Virus record (IMG/VR): IMGVR_UViG_3300032117_002338
Coordinates: 1-53,414 of that record
DNA: 53,414 nucleotides
From: a virus
Taxonomy: Duplodnaviria > Caudoviricetes
Strand: one strand, 5' to 3'
Positions 1 through 8,947 of this stretch are shown one piece after another. A program made the translations under genes and the position numbers. Under the pieces are notes generated by a model. That model was not told the origin of the DNA. It searched no databases and worked only from the letters and a program-made list of their open reading frames with translations. How positions within the stretch are numbered: position 1 is the first letter of the stretch; each line of letters opens with the position of its first letter.

Positions 1-2
1 TG

Positions 3-1046
3 TTGGCCACCATCGTCAACACCGACCCCGCATGCTGGTGGCTGCCCAGCTACCTCGAGACAGCGCTGTTGCGTGCCATCTGGTACCCAACCACGGTAGC
101 CACCAATAGCTGGCATTGCAAGCAGGCCATCAAGGCAGCGCTGATGAAGAGCAGCGACGATCAGTCCCAGATCGCGTTCAAGCTGCACGACTTCGGTGCT
201 CGCGGTGTCTCAAGCATGGAATCAGCAGCCATCGGCGGTGCTGCACACTTGGTCAACTTCATGGGTTCAGACACCGTGTCAGGTGTGCTGGCCGTTCGCA
301 GATACTACGGCGAACACATGGCTGGCTTCTCGATCCCTGCATCAGAGCACAGCACTATCACATCATGGGGCCGAGATCACGAGGTTGATGCATATCGCAA
401 CATGCTTCGGCAGTTCGCTAAACCGGGATCGTTGGTAGCAGTGGTCAGCGACAGCTACGACATCATGAACGCTGCTGCCAACATCTGGGGCGGCGTGCTC
501 AAGGACGAGGTCATCGCGTCGGGTGCCACGGTCGTGGTCCGTCCTGACAGCGGCGATCCGCTCACGGTACCGGTAGAGGTCATCGCAGCCCTGGCCGAGA
601 AGTTTGGCTACACGGTCAACAGCAAGGGCTACAAGGTGCTGCCCGCCTGCATGCGGGTGATACAGGGAGACGGCATCAACGTGCACACCCTGCCGCTGAT
701 CCTCGATAACCTGCTTGCAGCTGGCTTCGCTGCTGACAACATCGCGTTTGGCATGGGCGGCGGGCTGCTGCAGCAGGTCAACCGAGACACGCAGCGGTTC
801 GCGATGAAGTGTTCGGCAGTCTGTGTCAACGGCGAATGGCGCGATGTCTACAAGGATCCCAAGAGCGATCCAAGCAAGGCCAGCAAGCGCGGGCAGCTGG
901 CATTGATCAACGACGGCGAGGGTTGGCAGACAGTGCCGTTGGAGGGCAACGCATGGTCCGACCAGATGGTGCAGGTGTTCCGCAACGGCAATCTCCGCAG
1001 GGAGTGGACGTTTGCTGAGATCCGCGAGCGTGCCAACAAGGGCTGA
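3..1046 (+). CDS. nadV: Nicotinamide phosphoribosyltransferase (NAMPT/NadV), 5' end outside window
   Basis: Motifs LHDFGARG, SIPASEHS, VSDSYD, VVVRPDSGDP, VIQGDG, AFGMGGGLLQ, RDTQRFAMKCS typical of NAMPT; frame open from window start. Confidence 0.95.
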   Translation: MATIVNTDPACWWLPSYLETALLRAIWYPTTVATNSWHCKQAIKAALMKSSDDQSQIAFKLHDFGARGVSSMESAAIGGAAHLVNFMGSDTVSGVLAVRRYYGEHMAGFSIPASEHSTITSWGRDHEVDAYRNMLRQFAKPGSLVAVVSDSYDIMNAAANIWGGVLKDEVIASGATVVVRPDSGDPLTVPVEVIAALAEKFGYTVNSKGYKVLPACMRVIQGDGINVHTLPLILDNLLAAGFAADNIAFGMGGGLLQQVNRDTQRFAMKCSAVCVNGEWRDVYKDPKSDPSKASKRGQLALINDGEGWQTVPLEGNAWSDQMVQVFRNGNLRREWTFAEIRERANKG

Positions 1047-1058
1047 GCCAGACTGAGA

Positions 1059-1086
1059 GATACTGCCCAATGGGCAGTATCCCTTT
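1059..1086 (+). terminator. Hairpin terminator after nadV
   Basis: GATACTGCCCA-A-TGGGCAGTATC inverted repeat followed by CCTTT. Confidence 0.65.
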
Positions 1087-1112
1087 GACAAGCACACGGC
1101 ATCACCTATAAT
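1085..1112 (+). promoter_or_regulatory. Sigma70-type promoter
   Basis: TTGACA-16 nt-TATAAT, followed by GGAGGA RBS. Confidence 0.8.
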
Positions 1113-1132
1113 GTGCAGACGGAGGAGAGATC

Positions 1133-1192
1133 ATGATTGAGATACTGATTGGAGTGATCATAGGCGTTTATGTCGCTAGGAGATTCAAGTGA
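1133..1192 (+). CDS. 19 aa hydrophobic micro-peptide MIEILIGVIIGVYVARRFK
   Basis: GGAGGA RBS, ATG, single hydrophobic helix then basic tail; GTGA overlap with next gene. Confidence 0.55.
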   Translation: MIEILIGVIIGVYVARRFK

Positions 1193-1392
1193 CGCTGGCT
1201 GAGCTAGACCTATATGTTGGCAAGGTCTACAGCGTTGAAACAGATGCAGATGTGTTTGATTGGGCATCGAGGAACGGCTATTGCGTCAACCTGATGATCA
1301 CAGGCATGACCAACCCTGATGACAACGACAAGAGGCTCAACGTGTGGGCAGATCCTACCAACAGCTTCGTGACTGGGTTCAGCATCGGATGA
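1189..1392 (+). CDS. Small hypothetical protein, I78/potato-inhibitor-like pattern; paralog of 19848..20069
   Basis: AGGAGA RBS; YVGKVY...RLNVWAD...VTGFSIG pattern. Confidence 0.6.
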   Translation: MTLAELDLYVGKVYSVETDADVFDWASRNGYCVNLMITGMTNPDDNDKRLNVWADPTNSFVTGFSIG

Positions 1393-1399
1393 TCTAATG

Positions 1400-1427
1400 T
1401 TGACATCGGTATGTTAGATGCTATTGT
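1400..1427 (+). promoter_or_regulatory. Early sigma70-type promoter
   Basis: GTTGACA-16 nt-TATTGT with extended -10 TGC. Confidence 0.65.
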
Positions 1428-1477
1428 AGTGATTATGAACAACCATTGTTTATAATCACTGATTCACATAGAGGATA

Positions 1478-2026
1478 TTGATAATGGCTGTAACGCTTGA
1501 TAACATACATGAGGATATGCGGTTCTATGACGAGCTGAAACAGTACGTGTTCGAGAAAGAGCTTGATCCTGTAATCGAAGCCCACAACAGATGGATGGTC
1601 GATAACGGACTTCTACAGATCGAATCCCTGCTGGAGATCGCTATCAGCAACGTCAATGGCATCAAACGTGCAGCCGTGCACGGTATGGACTACATAGATG
1701 GCAGCGATGCCAAGAAAGTTACCAGCAGCTGGCGCAACAACAACAAGATCCGCGGAGAATGGACGAACAGCTTCAAAATCACAAACATCAATAACAAGCG
1801 AGGATTGCTGCGGGCTATGTGTTTCAACCGTGTTCTGTCACGTTTCCAATATTACGCCATACCTTACTCTGCTTATGCACATCTCACCGGAGACAGCTTG
1901 GATATCACCCTGGAGAGTTACCGTGGTTGTTTCAATGAACCGATGCCACGCGGAGAAGGGACTAAATCCAAGTGGGATAATTACAGGAAGTCTTCCTTCA
2001 TAGAGATGGCAAACACGAAAGACTGA
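1478..2026 (+). CDS. Hypothetical protein, possible PD-(D/E)xK-like nuclease
   Basis: 182 aa ORF with GAGGA RBS; MDYIDGSDAKK resembles D..D-x-K motif (weak). Confidence 0.55.
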   Translation: MIMAVTLDNIHEDMRFYDELKQYVFEKELDPVIEAHNRWMVDNGLLQIESLLEIAISNVNGIKRAAVHGMDYIDGSDAKKVTSSWRNNNKIRGEWTNSFKITNINNKRGLLRAMCFNRVLSRFQYYAIPYSAYAHLTGDSLDITLESYRGCFNEPMPRGEGTKSKWDNYRKSSFIEMANTKD

Positions 2027-2083
2027 GGTCGGCGACGTTTGTTATCACGGTTTATTAGTGAGATCGATCTGTCGTATGCTAAA

Positions 2084-2110
2084 GGAGAAAGGCAAGTCTT
2101 GCCTTTCTCC
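2084..2110. terminator. Hairpin between convergent genes (probable bidirectional terminator)
   Basis: GGAGAAAGGCAAG-T-CTTGCCTTTCTCC perfect inverted repeat. Confidence 0.65.
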
Positions 2111-2125
2111 ACACATGAACGGTGA

Positions 2126-2932
2126 TCAGCGGCGTGATAGAGACCTGTGTGGTCTACCAAGCTGTGCAGCAGGCAGAGCAGCATCGTCGTGCGCAGCACT
2201 GCTGATGCTGTCGGATTCCGGCCAAGCGTAGATGTAGTCTCCGAACTGATCGCGCACCAGCTTGAACCTCACACCTCCGACCACGTAATGCTTGACATCG
2301 GCGGTGTAGCCGGGTATGGATCGATTGAAATCAACCGTGGCGTCGTCCACCGGAACTCCGTGCTTCTCCACCCAGGCCGCGACCGAACGCACCTCGCGTG
2401 TGGTGTTGGGTCCCTGCCCGCCAACGTTGCCTATCATGACGATATCCTCGGTGGGAGTGCGTGTGAAGGCACGGAACAGCGACTTGCCAAGGGTCAGTAT
2501 GGCCCTGCTCATGTTGCCTGGTAGGTTTGAGACGGCATGCCATGTGGGGTTGACCGCATGCGGGTCGCTCATGGCGATCTCCCTGCTGATGATGGCAGGC
2601 AGGTGATCGGGGGTTATCTCCGCCGGCACGGGTAGGTTATCCACCTCATCAGATCCATCATCGTCCATGTCATCGGCTGGCACGTTGATCCTGCTCATCA
2701 CGTCGCGCATGGCATCCGTTGGGGTCATGCCAGCCGTCGCCCTCGCTGTGTCGGCGGCGCTGGTGGGTTCCATCCTCGGCACAGCCACGCCCGCGGCATC
2801 ATCGGCCGCCGAAGCAGCATTGCTGATCTCGCCCTTGCTGGTGGGATCGTCGAATATGTCATCCCATTTGATCTCGGTCGGATCCTTGAAATCCGTTGGG
2901 TCGCTCGCCTCGCGTATGGTTCTCTTGGTCAT
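2126..2932 (-). CDS. Hypothetical late protein, acidic N-half, possible virion/head protein
   Basis: 268 aa ORF, GGAG RBS and CATAAATA late-type motif upstream; starts MTKRTIREA. Confidence 0.7.
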   Translation of the reverse strand: MTKRTIREASDPTDFKDPTEIKWDDIFDDPTSKGEISNAASAADDAAGVAVPRMEPTSAADTARATAGMTPTDAMRDVMSRINVPADDMDDDGSDEVDNLPVPAEITPDHLPAIISREIAMSDPHAVNPTWHAVSNLPGNMSRAILTLGKSLFRAFTRTPTEDIVMIGNVGGQGPNTTREVRSVAAWVEKHGVPVDDATVDFNRSIPGYTADVKHYVVGGVRFKLVRDQFGDYIYAWPESDSISSAAHDDAALPAAQLGRPHRSLSRR

Positions 2933-3038
2933 GATGGTCTCCGTCGTTGGATTATTTATGTGCCAAACGGTTGATTGATCGGTCTATGACACCGCGGCTA
3001 TAATACACGGCAGCCCATCATCAGGAGAGACAGCTCGC

Positions 3039-3998
3039 ATGGACCATGGATACGTAAGGTTGGAGCATGCCAACCCAGAGAGCAAGCAGTGGTTCGTGGT
3101 CAATTGGTGCCTAGGCAACACCTGCAACTTCTCCTGCAGCTATTGCCCAAAGGCCCTGCATGATGGGTCCAACAGATGGCACGACAAGCACATGGTCAAG
3201 AACTTCATCACCAAGGTGCGCAACCATCACTGGGACAAGAACATATACTTCGAGTTCACCGGCGGCGAGGTCACGCTGTACAAGGATTTCACGGAGATAT
3301 GCCAATACTGCACCGATCTCGGGATCAAGGTGGGCATGATCAGCAACGGATCGAGGACCATCCGCTGGTGGGAGCAGAACAAGGGATTCTTCGATCACGT
3401 GTGCCTCAGCTTCCATCCGGAGTTCACCAAGGAGGATCACTTCACCGAGGTGATCAGGCTGCTGCATGTGGACACCAGGGTGCACGTCAACATCATGATG
3501 AGCCCCGAGCGATTCGACCACTGCCTGGAGGTGGCGCATCGCATCAAGGACATCGGCAACATCAGCATGGCCCTGCAGCCCCTGATACAGGATTTCGGAT
3601 CGGAGCTATATGATTACACCGAGCAGCAGAAGGATGTGTTGGCCCGGCAGTATGAGCTGCTGGTCAAGCACATACGCCACGACAGGGCGTTCCCCTACTA
3701 CCGAGGCGCCATGCGCAAGGTGTTCCCCGATGGCAGAACGACGGTGCAGCCGGCGCACAGGTTCATATCGGACGGCAGCAATGATTGGTCAGGGTGGCGA
3801 TGCTACGCCGGTGTTGAACAGCTGATAGTGGAGATGGACGGAACCATAAGACGCGGGTGGTGCAAGGTCGGCGGGCCGGTTGGTCACATAGAATCCCTGA
3901 GCCTGGATCTCCCCACGAGCCCTGTCATATGCGACAAGACCATGTGCCATTGCAACTATGACATCATGTCGACCAAGGAGAGGATAGATGGACGATAG
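3039..3998 (+). CDS. Radical SAM protein with C-terminal SPASM/twitch-like Cys cluster
   Basis: CNFSCSYC motif, FTGGEV, SNGSR; C-terminal CYAG...DG...WC...C-C-C. Confidence 0.9.
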   Translation: MDHGYVRLEHANPESKQWFVVNWCLGNTCNFSCSYCPKALHDGSNRWHDKHMVKNFITKVRNHHWDKNIYFEFTGGEVTLYKDFTEICQYCTDLGIKVGMISNGSRTIRWWEQNKGFFDHVCLSFHPEFTKEDHFTEVIRLLHVDTRVHVNIMMSPERFDHCLEVAHRIKDIGNISMALQPLIQDFGSELYDYTEQQKDVLARQYELLVKHIRHDRAFPYYRGAMRKVFPDGRTTVQPAHRFISDGSNDWSGWRCYAGVEQLIVEMDGTIRRGWCKVGGPVGHIESLSLDLPTSPVICDKTMCHCNYDIMSTKERIDGR

Positions 3999-5019
3999 CA
4001 CGCCTGGGAAACCGCTGCGCGCCTACGACGGAGACGGCAACTGGCGAGATTTAAGCACCGACGAACTGGTCGGAGCCAGGCTCAACGGATATCGCGGGTG
4101 GACGTGTGCCATAGGTGTGGATAACCTGTTCATCAACCCAGACGGCAACGTCTACGGCGGTGCCTGCGAGGTCGGCGGCAAGCTGGGTAACATATATGGA
4201 GACTTTTCCATACCAGATGCATGGTCAACCTGCAGCAAATTGCTGTGCACCTGCGGCAGCGATCTTTTCATACCAAAGGCCAGGACCCCATACGAGACCA
4301 ACCTCCTTCGCAAGTCCAAGAATCTGCCAACCCAGACCAACAGGCGTCGCAATAGGATATCGGAGATGGCGGCGCTTGAGAGAACCCACAGCGCAGGTGT
4401 CAAGCAGATATATTGGGAGATAGGCAGGCGTTGCAACTATGATTGCGGCTATTGCTGCCCGTCCATACACAACAACCACGAGAGGCACAAGACCCTGGAT
4501 GAACTGCTGACCGCCACCAAGCTGTTACAGCAGAGGTTCATCGGCGTCGGCGGATGCAACTGGATCATAAGCGGTGGCGAGCCCACCGCCAACGGCGCGT
4601 TCCTCGATTGGTGCAGATACATAAGCTCGTGCGGATACCACCTCAGCATGCACAGCAATGGCAGCAGGAAGCCCGACTATTACCGAGAGCTGATAAGATA
4701 TGGTAACCTAAACCTCAGCGCACATTACCAGTTCTGGAATCCAGACAAATTCATAGACGTGGTGGCCGCCGTGACCGAGGCCAAGGCGGCCGCCGACAAC
4801 GCCGGCATGGGGCATCTGGAGGTAAAGCTGATGATGACCCCCGGATCGAGGCAGACGACCTTGGATTTCGAGGAGAGGTTGAAGGCCATACCACGTTTCA
4901 CCGAATACTGCACATGGGCCATAGTGCCGGTCAGGGACGGCGACAGGGATGATGCCGTCCTGGACGGATACGATGAGGTTGATTTCGCTCTGTTCGGGGA
5001 TCGCCTGGATGGCAGATGA
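3988..5019 (+). CDS. Radical SAM protein with N-terminal SPASM/twitch-like domain
   Basis: N-terminal CAIG...INPDGNVYGGAC...CSKLLCTC; then CNYDCGYC, ISGGEPT, SNGSR. Confidence 0.9.
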   Translation: MDDSTPGKPLRAYDGDGNWRDLSTDELVGARLNGYRGWTCAIGVDNLFINPDGNVYGGACEVGGKLGNIYGDFSIPDAWSTCSKLLCTCGSDLFIPKARTPYETNLLRKSKNLPTQTNRRRNRISEMAALERTHSAGVKQIYWEIGRRCNYDCGYCCPSIHNNHERHKTLDELLTATKLLQQRFIGVGGCNWIISGGEPTANGAFLDWCRYISSCGYHLSMHSNGSRKPDYYRELIRYGNLNLSAHYQFWNPDKFIDVVAAVTEAKAAADNAGMGHLEVKLMMTPGSRQTTLDFEERLKAIPRFTEYCTWAIVPVRDGDRDDAVLDGYDEVDFALFGDRLDGR

Positions 5020-5068
5020 CGCGGCGGCAAACATACCTGTGGTTGGCGGATCGATCGCAAGGGGAGAT

Positions 5069-6403
5069 ATGATGGGCACCATATGCACCATACCGTGGCA
5101 TCACATAGGAATACAGCAGAACGGAGACTATCGCATGTGTTGCCAGATGGTGCATCAGCCGTACGGCAAGTTGGCGGACGGTGAAGGCGGCCACATGAAC
5201 GTGCTACGGCATACAATGGACGATGCCAGGAACCACGATACCATGCGAGAGGTCAGGCGCAGCATGATCCAAGGCAAGAGGCACACCCTGTGTAGGTTAT
5301 GCTATGAGGAGGAGGATGCCGGATTGCCCAGCAGGAGGATCACCACCAACGACAGGGTTAGCCAACCCCACATGGAGAGGATGCTGACCGAGACCGCACC
5401 CGATGGTTCCATCGACACCGATGCCTTCCCATTGACGTACTATGACATCAGGTTTGGTAACCTATGCAACCTGAAGTGCAGGAGCTGCGGTCCGAGCGAT
5501 AGCAGCATGTGGTATGAGGACTACTTCAGGATGGTCGATCCCAGCGACGGGGTGGCACCGTTCTGGCACTACAGCAGCAACAAGCTGACCAGATATTCCA
5601 TAACCAAATCTGACAACATGTATGTCTTCAACCTCCCGGAGGAGTTTGAATGGTATGATCGTGAGGAGTTCTGGGATCAATTTAGGTCAAACATACGCAA
5701 CGTGGAGACCATATACCTAACCGGAGGTGAACCAACCATCAACAAGGCACATTTCAGGCTGCTGAAGCTGTGCATAGATGAGGGCGTGGCCGGGAACATC
5801 AACCTTGAATACAACTCCAACATGTGGGCAATACCCGATCATCTGCATGATCTATGGAAGCCCTTTGGGCATGTCAACGTGGGATGCAGCGTGGATGGCA
5901 AGGATCACATGGCCAACTACCTAAGGCCGCCCAGCACGTGGGACAGGCTGGAGAGGAACCTGGACAGGTTGGGATATTCAGATGCGGCCAACATCAGCGC
6001 CAGCATCGCCACCACCATCAGCGTCTACAACGTGCTGCACTTCATCGACCTAACCAAGTGGTTGACAGGCAAGATGTATCCCAGGATGGATGATATACCA
6101 TTGTTCCACATGCTACACAGCCCTGACTATCTCAACGTGCAGGTGCTGCCTCGCCACATCAAGGACATGATAACCATGAGGTACGAGGAGTTCTACGGCG
6201 AGATAGAATCAAGCAACGGCAGGGATTGGGCAGATCTCGTGCGTGGGAAGCTATCGGGGATAACCACCTTCATGAACGCCAATGACCTATCGGATCACCT
6301 AGGCGATCTCAAGCGCATCACAGACAGGCTGGACGGCATGCGAGGCCAACGCCTGTCTGATGCCGTGCCGTGGCTGCACGATGCGCTGAGATTCGTGAAA
6401 TGA
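5069..6403 (+). CDS. Twitch-domain radical SAM protein
   Basis: CTIPW...GDYRMCC N-terminus, CNLKCRSC motif, LTGGEPT; start at 5069 (GGGGAG RBS) or 5009. Confidence 0.9.
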   Translation: MMGTICTIPWHHIGIQQNGDYRMCCQMVHQPYGKLADGEGGHMNVLRHTMDDARNHDTMREVRRSMIQGKRHTLCRLCYEEEDAGLPSRRITTNDRVSQPHMERMLTETAPDGSIDTDAFPLTYYDIRFGNLCNLKCRSCGPSDSSMWYEDYFRMVDPSDGVAPFWHYSSNKLTRYSITKSDNMYVFNLPEEFEWYDREEFWDQFRSNIRNVETIYLTGGEPTINKAHFRLLKLCIDEGVAGNINLEYNSNMWAIPDHLHDLWKPFGHVNVGCSVDGKDHMANYLRPPSTWDRLERNLDRLGYSDAANISASIATTISVYNVLHFIDLTKWLTGKMYPRMDDIPLFHMLHSPDYLNVQVLPRHIKDMITMRYEEFYGEIESSNGRDWADLVRGKLSGITTFMNANDLSDHLGDLKRITDRLDGMRGQRLSDAVPWLHDALRFVK

Positions 6404-6471
6404 TGTGGTCATGATAGGTTGACACGGGTGGCGCAGGCTGTATCATGCTGTGATTGACAGGGGGTGGTTCC

Positions 6472-6690
6472 ATGGAAAGAAACAGCACGCACTTCGTGGG
6501 ATTCAGGGGTGACGAGTTCAACCGGGCCGTGAGGATCTGGGGCCGCCCTGACTTCGTCCACCGCATCTGGGACGTGCGTGCGGCTAACGAAGCGTCACCT
6601 GAGGACACTGTGATCTTCGCCCGGGCCAAGGATTGGGACAATCTGGACGAGCCAAACCCCAGATCTTTCGACGATTCCGCCGTTATGTGA
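6472..6690 (+). CDS. Hypothetical early protein
   Basis: 72 aa ORF downstream of GTTGACA..TATCAT promoter-like motif. Confidence 0.7.
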   Translation: MERNSTHFVGFRGDEFNRAVRIWGRPDFVHRIWDVRAANEASPEDTVIFARAKDWDNLDEPNPRSFDDSAVM

Positions 6691-6781
6691 GGGCTAGAAA
6701 CCCTCGGGAAAACTGGGCGGTCTCCGCTAAGTTATTGGAAATACACGGGAAAAAAATCTTGAAAAAGATGCATTTTTCTGG

Positions 6782-6809
6782 TTGACTGCATCGCTGTAGG
6801 TGCTATTGT
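6782..6809 (+). promoter_or_regulatory. Early sigma70-type promoter with A/T-rich UP-like element
   Basis: GTTGACT-16 nt-TATTGT, TGC extended -10, A and T tracts upstream. Confidence 0.7.
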
Positions 6810-6872
6810 GTCCGAGTTGAGCAAGACGCTCATTGACGTTTAACACACAGATACACACACAGGAGATACAAC

Positions 6873-7343
6873 ATGGATAAGCTTTTCTCAGTCGCTGGCG
6901 TTTCAACGCTTGATGGTGTCGTTAAGGCTCGCTTCGCGAAGGACATGTCCCGCGCCAAGGTCCTCGAGAAGAACGGCCACAAGGCGGTGCGCTTGATCGA
7001 GCTTCCCAAGGCGATGGCCAAGGATGAGGCGCTTGCGCATCTCCGCTCGCATGCTGCGTTCCAGGATGCTGCCGCGCAGTCAGCTTTCGCAGGCGAGGGC
7101 AAGGTTGAGGCCAAGCCCAACAAGATGGCGCAGGCCATGGCACACGCTGCGGTTAAGTCGGTGGCTGCCAAGGCTGCACCAGCCAGCAAGGCCGTTGATG
7201 TCAAGTCTAAGAACCTCGAGACCATGAAGAAGGTCTCCGCCAAGATGGCAGAGCGCGAGCAGGAGGAAAAGGAGGCCGAATACGAGCTCTCCAAGGAAGA
7301 GCTGGGCCTCGGTGTTGACACATACCTCAAGGCCCGTGCGTAA
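6873..7343 (+). CDS. Ala/Lys-rich hypothetical early protein
   Basis: AGGAGA RBS, strong codon bias, 156 aa. Confidence 0.8.
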   Translation: MDKLFSVAGVSTLDGVVKARFAKDMSRAKVLEKNGHKAVRLIELPKAMAKDEALAHLRSHAAFQDAAAQSAFAGEGKVEAKPNKMAQAMAHAAVKSVAAKAAPASKAVDVKSKNLETMKKVSAKMAEREQEEKEAEYELSKEELGLGVDTYLKARA

Positions 7344-7355
7344 CCCAGGCGCGTT

Positions 7356-7509
7356 TGACCCTTGAAGTTCAGGGAGGATGGAAACATCCTCCCTTCCCCA
7401 CCTCGGCAACATGGTCGCAGCATTGTCCGACTTGACATCACTGCAGGTTAGGGCTAGGCTGAACCCATCGACCGCAGCGACCCTTGGCAGTTTAGGAACT
7501 TCAAGGTCA
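7356..7509 (+). ncRNA. Candidate structured RNA (unknown class)
   Basis: TGACCCTTGAAGTTC / GAACTTCAAGGTCA closing stem; inner 10-bp GAAA hairpin; GGTCGC/GCGACC stem. Confidence 0.45.
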
Positions 7510-7523
7510 GCTAAAGATTTCGG

Positions 7524-7551
7524 TTGACACGAGCGCTATAGGTGCTATCGT
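7524..7551 (+). promoter_or_regulatory. Early sigma70-type promoter
   Basis: GTTGACA-16 nt-TATCGT with TGC. Confidence 0.7.
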
Positions 7552-7579
7552 GCCGCATATATGATGCGGAGATGGCACC

Positions 7580-8155
7580 ATGCAGTTTTCAGTACCCCTG
7601 TTGATCTATGAGATGCCCGCGTTGGAGGATTACAAGGCGCTGTATCCCAAGCATTTCTATGCCAAGCTTGTGCACAAGATCGCGACCAAGGTGCACTGGC
7701 GCACGATGCTCAGCGAGGCGCAGAACCATCGCTGCTGCTGGTGCGGCATCAAGGTCACGGAGCTGCGCGATCGTCCGGATTCAGCCACCATCGAGCATGT
7801 GGTACCCAAGAGCCACGGCGGGGCGGATCATCCCGATAACTTCGCCATCGCTTGCCACTCCTGCAACGGGAACCGCGGCGTCAAGAGCGTGGAGGATTTC
7901 ATGCTGCAGAAACGGTCAGCCAACGATAAAGCATCCCTCCGCAGGGAGCTCATGAACAAATTCGAGGTCAAGTCCAGTAACAATGCCGGCCGTGCACGCC
8001 TCAAACGCAAGTTGGATCTCAACCAAGCCAGGAACGCGGTGCTCACCGGCCTGCCCAACACATTCGAACCCGGCAGCAGGGCATATATAACGCATACCTG
8101 CGCTACAGCGCGTTGTCCAAGGAATCGCTGTGCCATGGGGATCCCCGCACGGTGA
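7580..8155 (+). CDS. HNH endonuclease (possible C-terminal frameshift)
   Basis: CCWC...TIEHVVPKSHGG...NFAIACHSCNGNRG. Confidence 0.88.
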   Translation: MQFSVPLLIYEMPALEDYKALYPKHFYAKLVHKIATKVHWRTMLSEAQNHRCCWCGIKVTELRDRPDSATIEHVVPKSHGGADHPDNFAIACHSCNGNRGVKSVEDFMLQKRSANDKASLRRELMNKFEVKSSNNAGRARLKRKLDLNQARNAVLTGLPNTFEPGSRAYITHTCATARCPRNRCAMGIPAR

Positions 8156-8203
8156 CCGCCGGATCGATCGGTGAGGATTCCCAGATCGCAGCGTGATCTT
8201 CGG

Positions 8204-8231
8204 TTGACAAACCAGCTGATGATGCTATTGT
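8204..8231 (+). promoter_or_regulatory. Early sigma70-type promoter
   Basis: GTTGACA-16 nt-TATTGT with TGC. Confidence 0.7.
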
Positions 8232-8258
8232 AGCGCATAGGCAACGAGGAGCACACAG

Positions 8259-8726
8259 ATGCAACACAACGTTGAAACCATACGAGAACTGCTCGCAACC
8301 AATGACCGCGCGGTGGGGCGTGCGCTGATCGTATTGCGCAACCGCCAGACCTCTGATGAGCAGGTCAGCGAGACCACCAAGCATCAGAACGGTCGCGGCT
8401 TCCGCCCTGCCCATGCACGCATGGGGACCAGCATGGCCAACTTCTTCGAGGCACGCGGCTACCTCACCTCCAAGCAGGCCAGCTACTGGCGCACCGCGAT
8501 GGCGGACGGCAAGAGCCGCATCGGTATCTACGCACGCCAGCTGTTGGAGGAGGTCGAGGCCAAGCAACGGCCCAAGGCGGCGGTCGAGGATGTGGGTAAC
8601 CACGAGGAGGCCATGATGGCCGAGCGCGAGATGCAGCAGATGGAGGCTGAACACGATCGCGAGCAGTCGCGCTTGGAGGAGATCCGCAAGCACCTCGCAC
8701 GCGATGTCATGGAGATCGCGGCATGA
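8259..8726 (+). CDS. Hypothetical early protein
   Basis: GAGGAG RBS, 155 aa, phage-like codon usage. Confidence 0.8.
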   Translation: MQHNVETIRELLATNDRAVGRALIVLRNRQTSDEQVSETTKHQNGRGFRPAHARMGTSMANFFEARGYLTSKQASYWRTAMADGKSRIGIYARQLLEEVEAKQRPKAAVEDVGNHEEAMMAEREMQQMEAEHDREQSRLEEIRKHLARDVMEIAA

Positions 8727-8799
8727 TAGAGATTTCAGGTTGACGGCTGATTCAGAGATGCTACTATGCATCATAGGCGATGAGAAACGGGAGGGTTAC

Positions 8800-8856
8800 A
8801 TGGACGATATGATCATGGACGGCGACGACGAGGGTCTCATCCTCGATGAATATTGA
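8800..8856 (+). CDS. 18 aa acidic micro-peptide MDDMIMDGDDEGLILDEY
   Basis: Own promoter-like motif (TTGACG 8740..TACTAT 8767) and GGGAGG RBS. Confidence 0.45.
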   Translation: MDDMIMDGDDEGLILDEY

Positions 8857-8882
8857 GGCGAAGATTTATTTTTAACCCGATA

Positions 8883-8913
8883 TTGACAGCTTTATTAACA
8901 GGCTGTATAAATA
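8883..8913 (+). promoter_or_regulatory. Dual promoter: sigma70 TTGACA-17-TATAAA overlapping T4-type late TATAAATA
   Basis: TTGACA 8883-8888; TATAAATA 8906-8913. Confidence 0.8.
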
Positions 8914-8947
8914 GATCGAACTTGAAGTTAAAGGTTTAGAGGAACAT

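Noticed and set aside
3039-6403. Assigning radical-SAM genes as pqqE, queE or moaA
   Set aside because: Only generic CxxxCxxC and Cys-cluster motifs visible; no family-specific evidence or partner genes.
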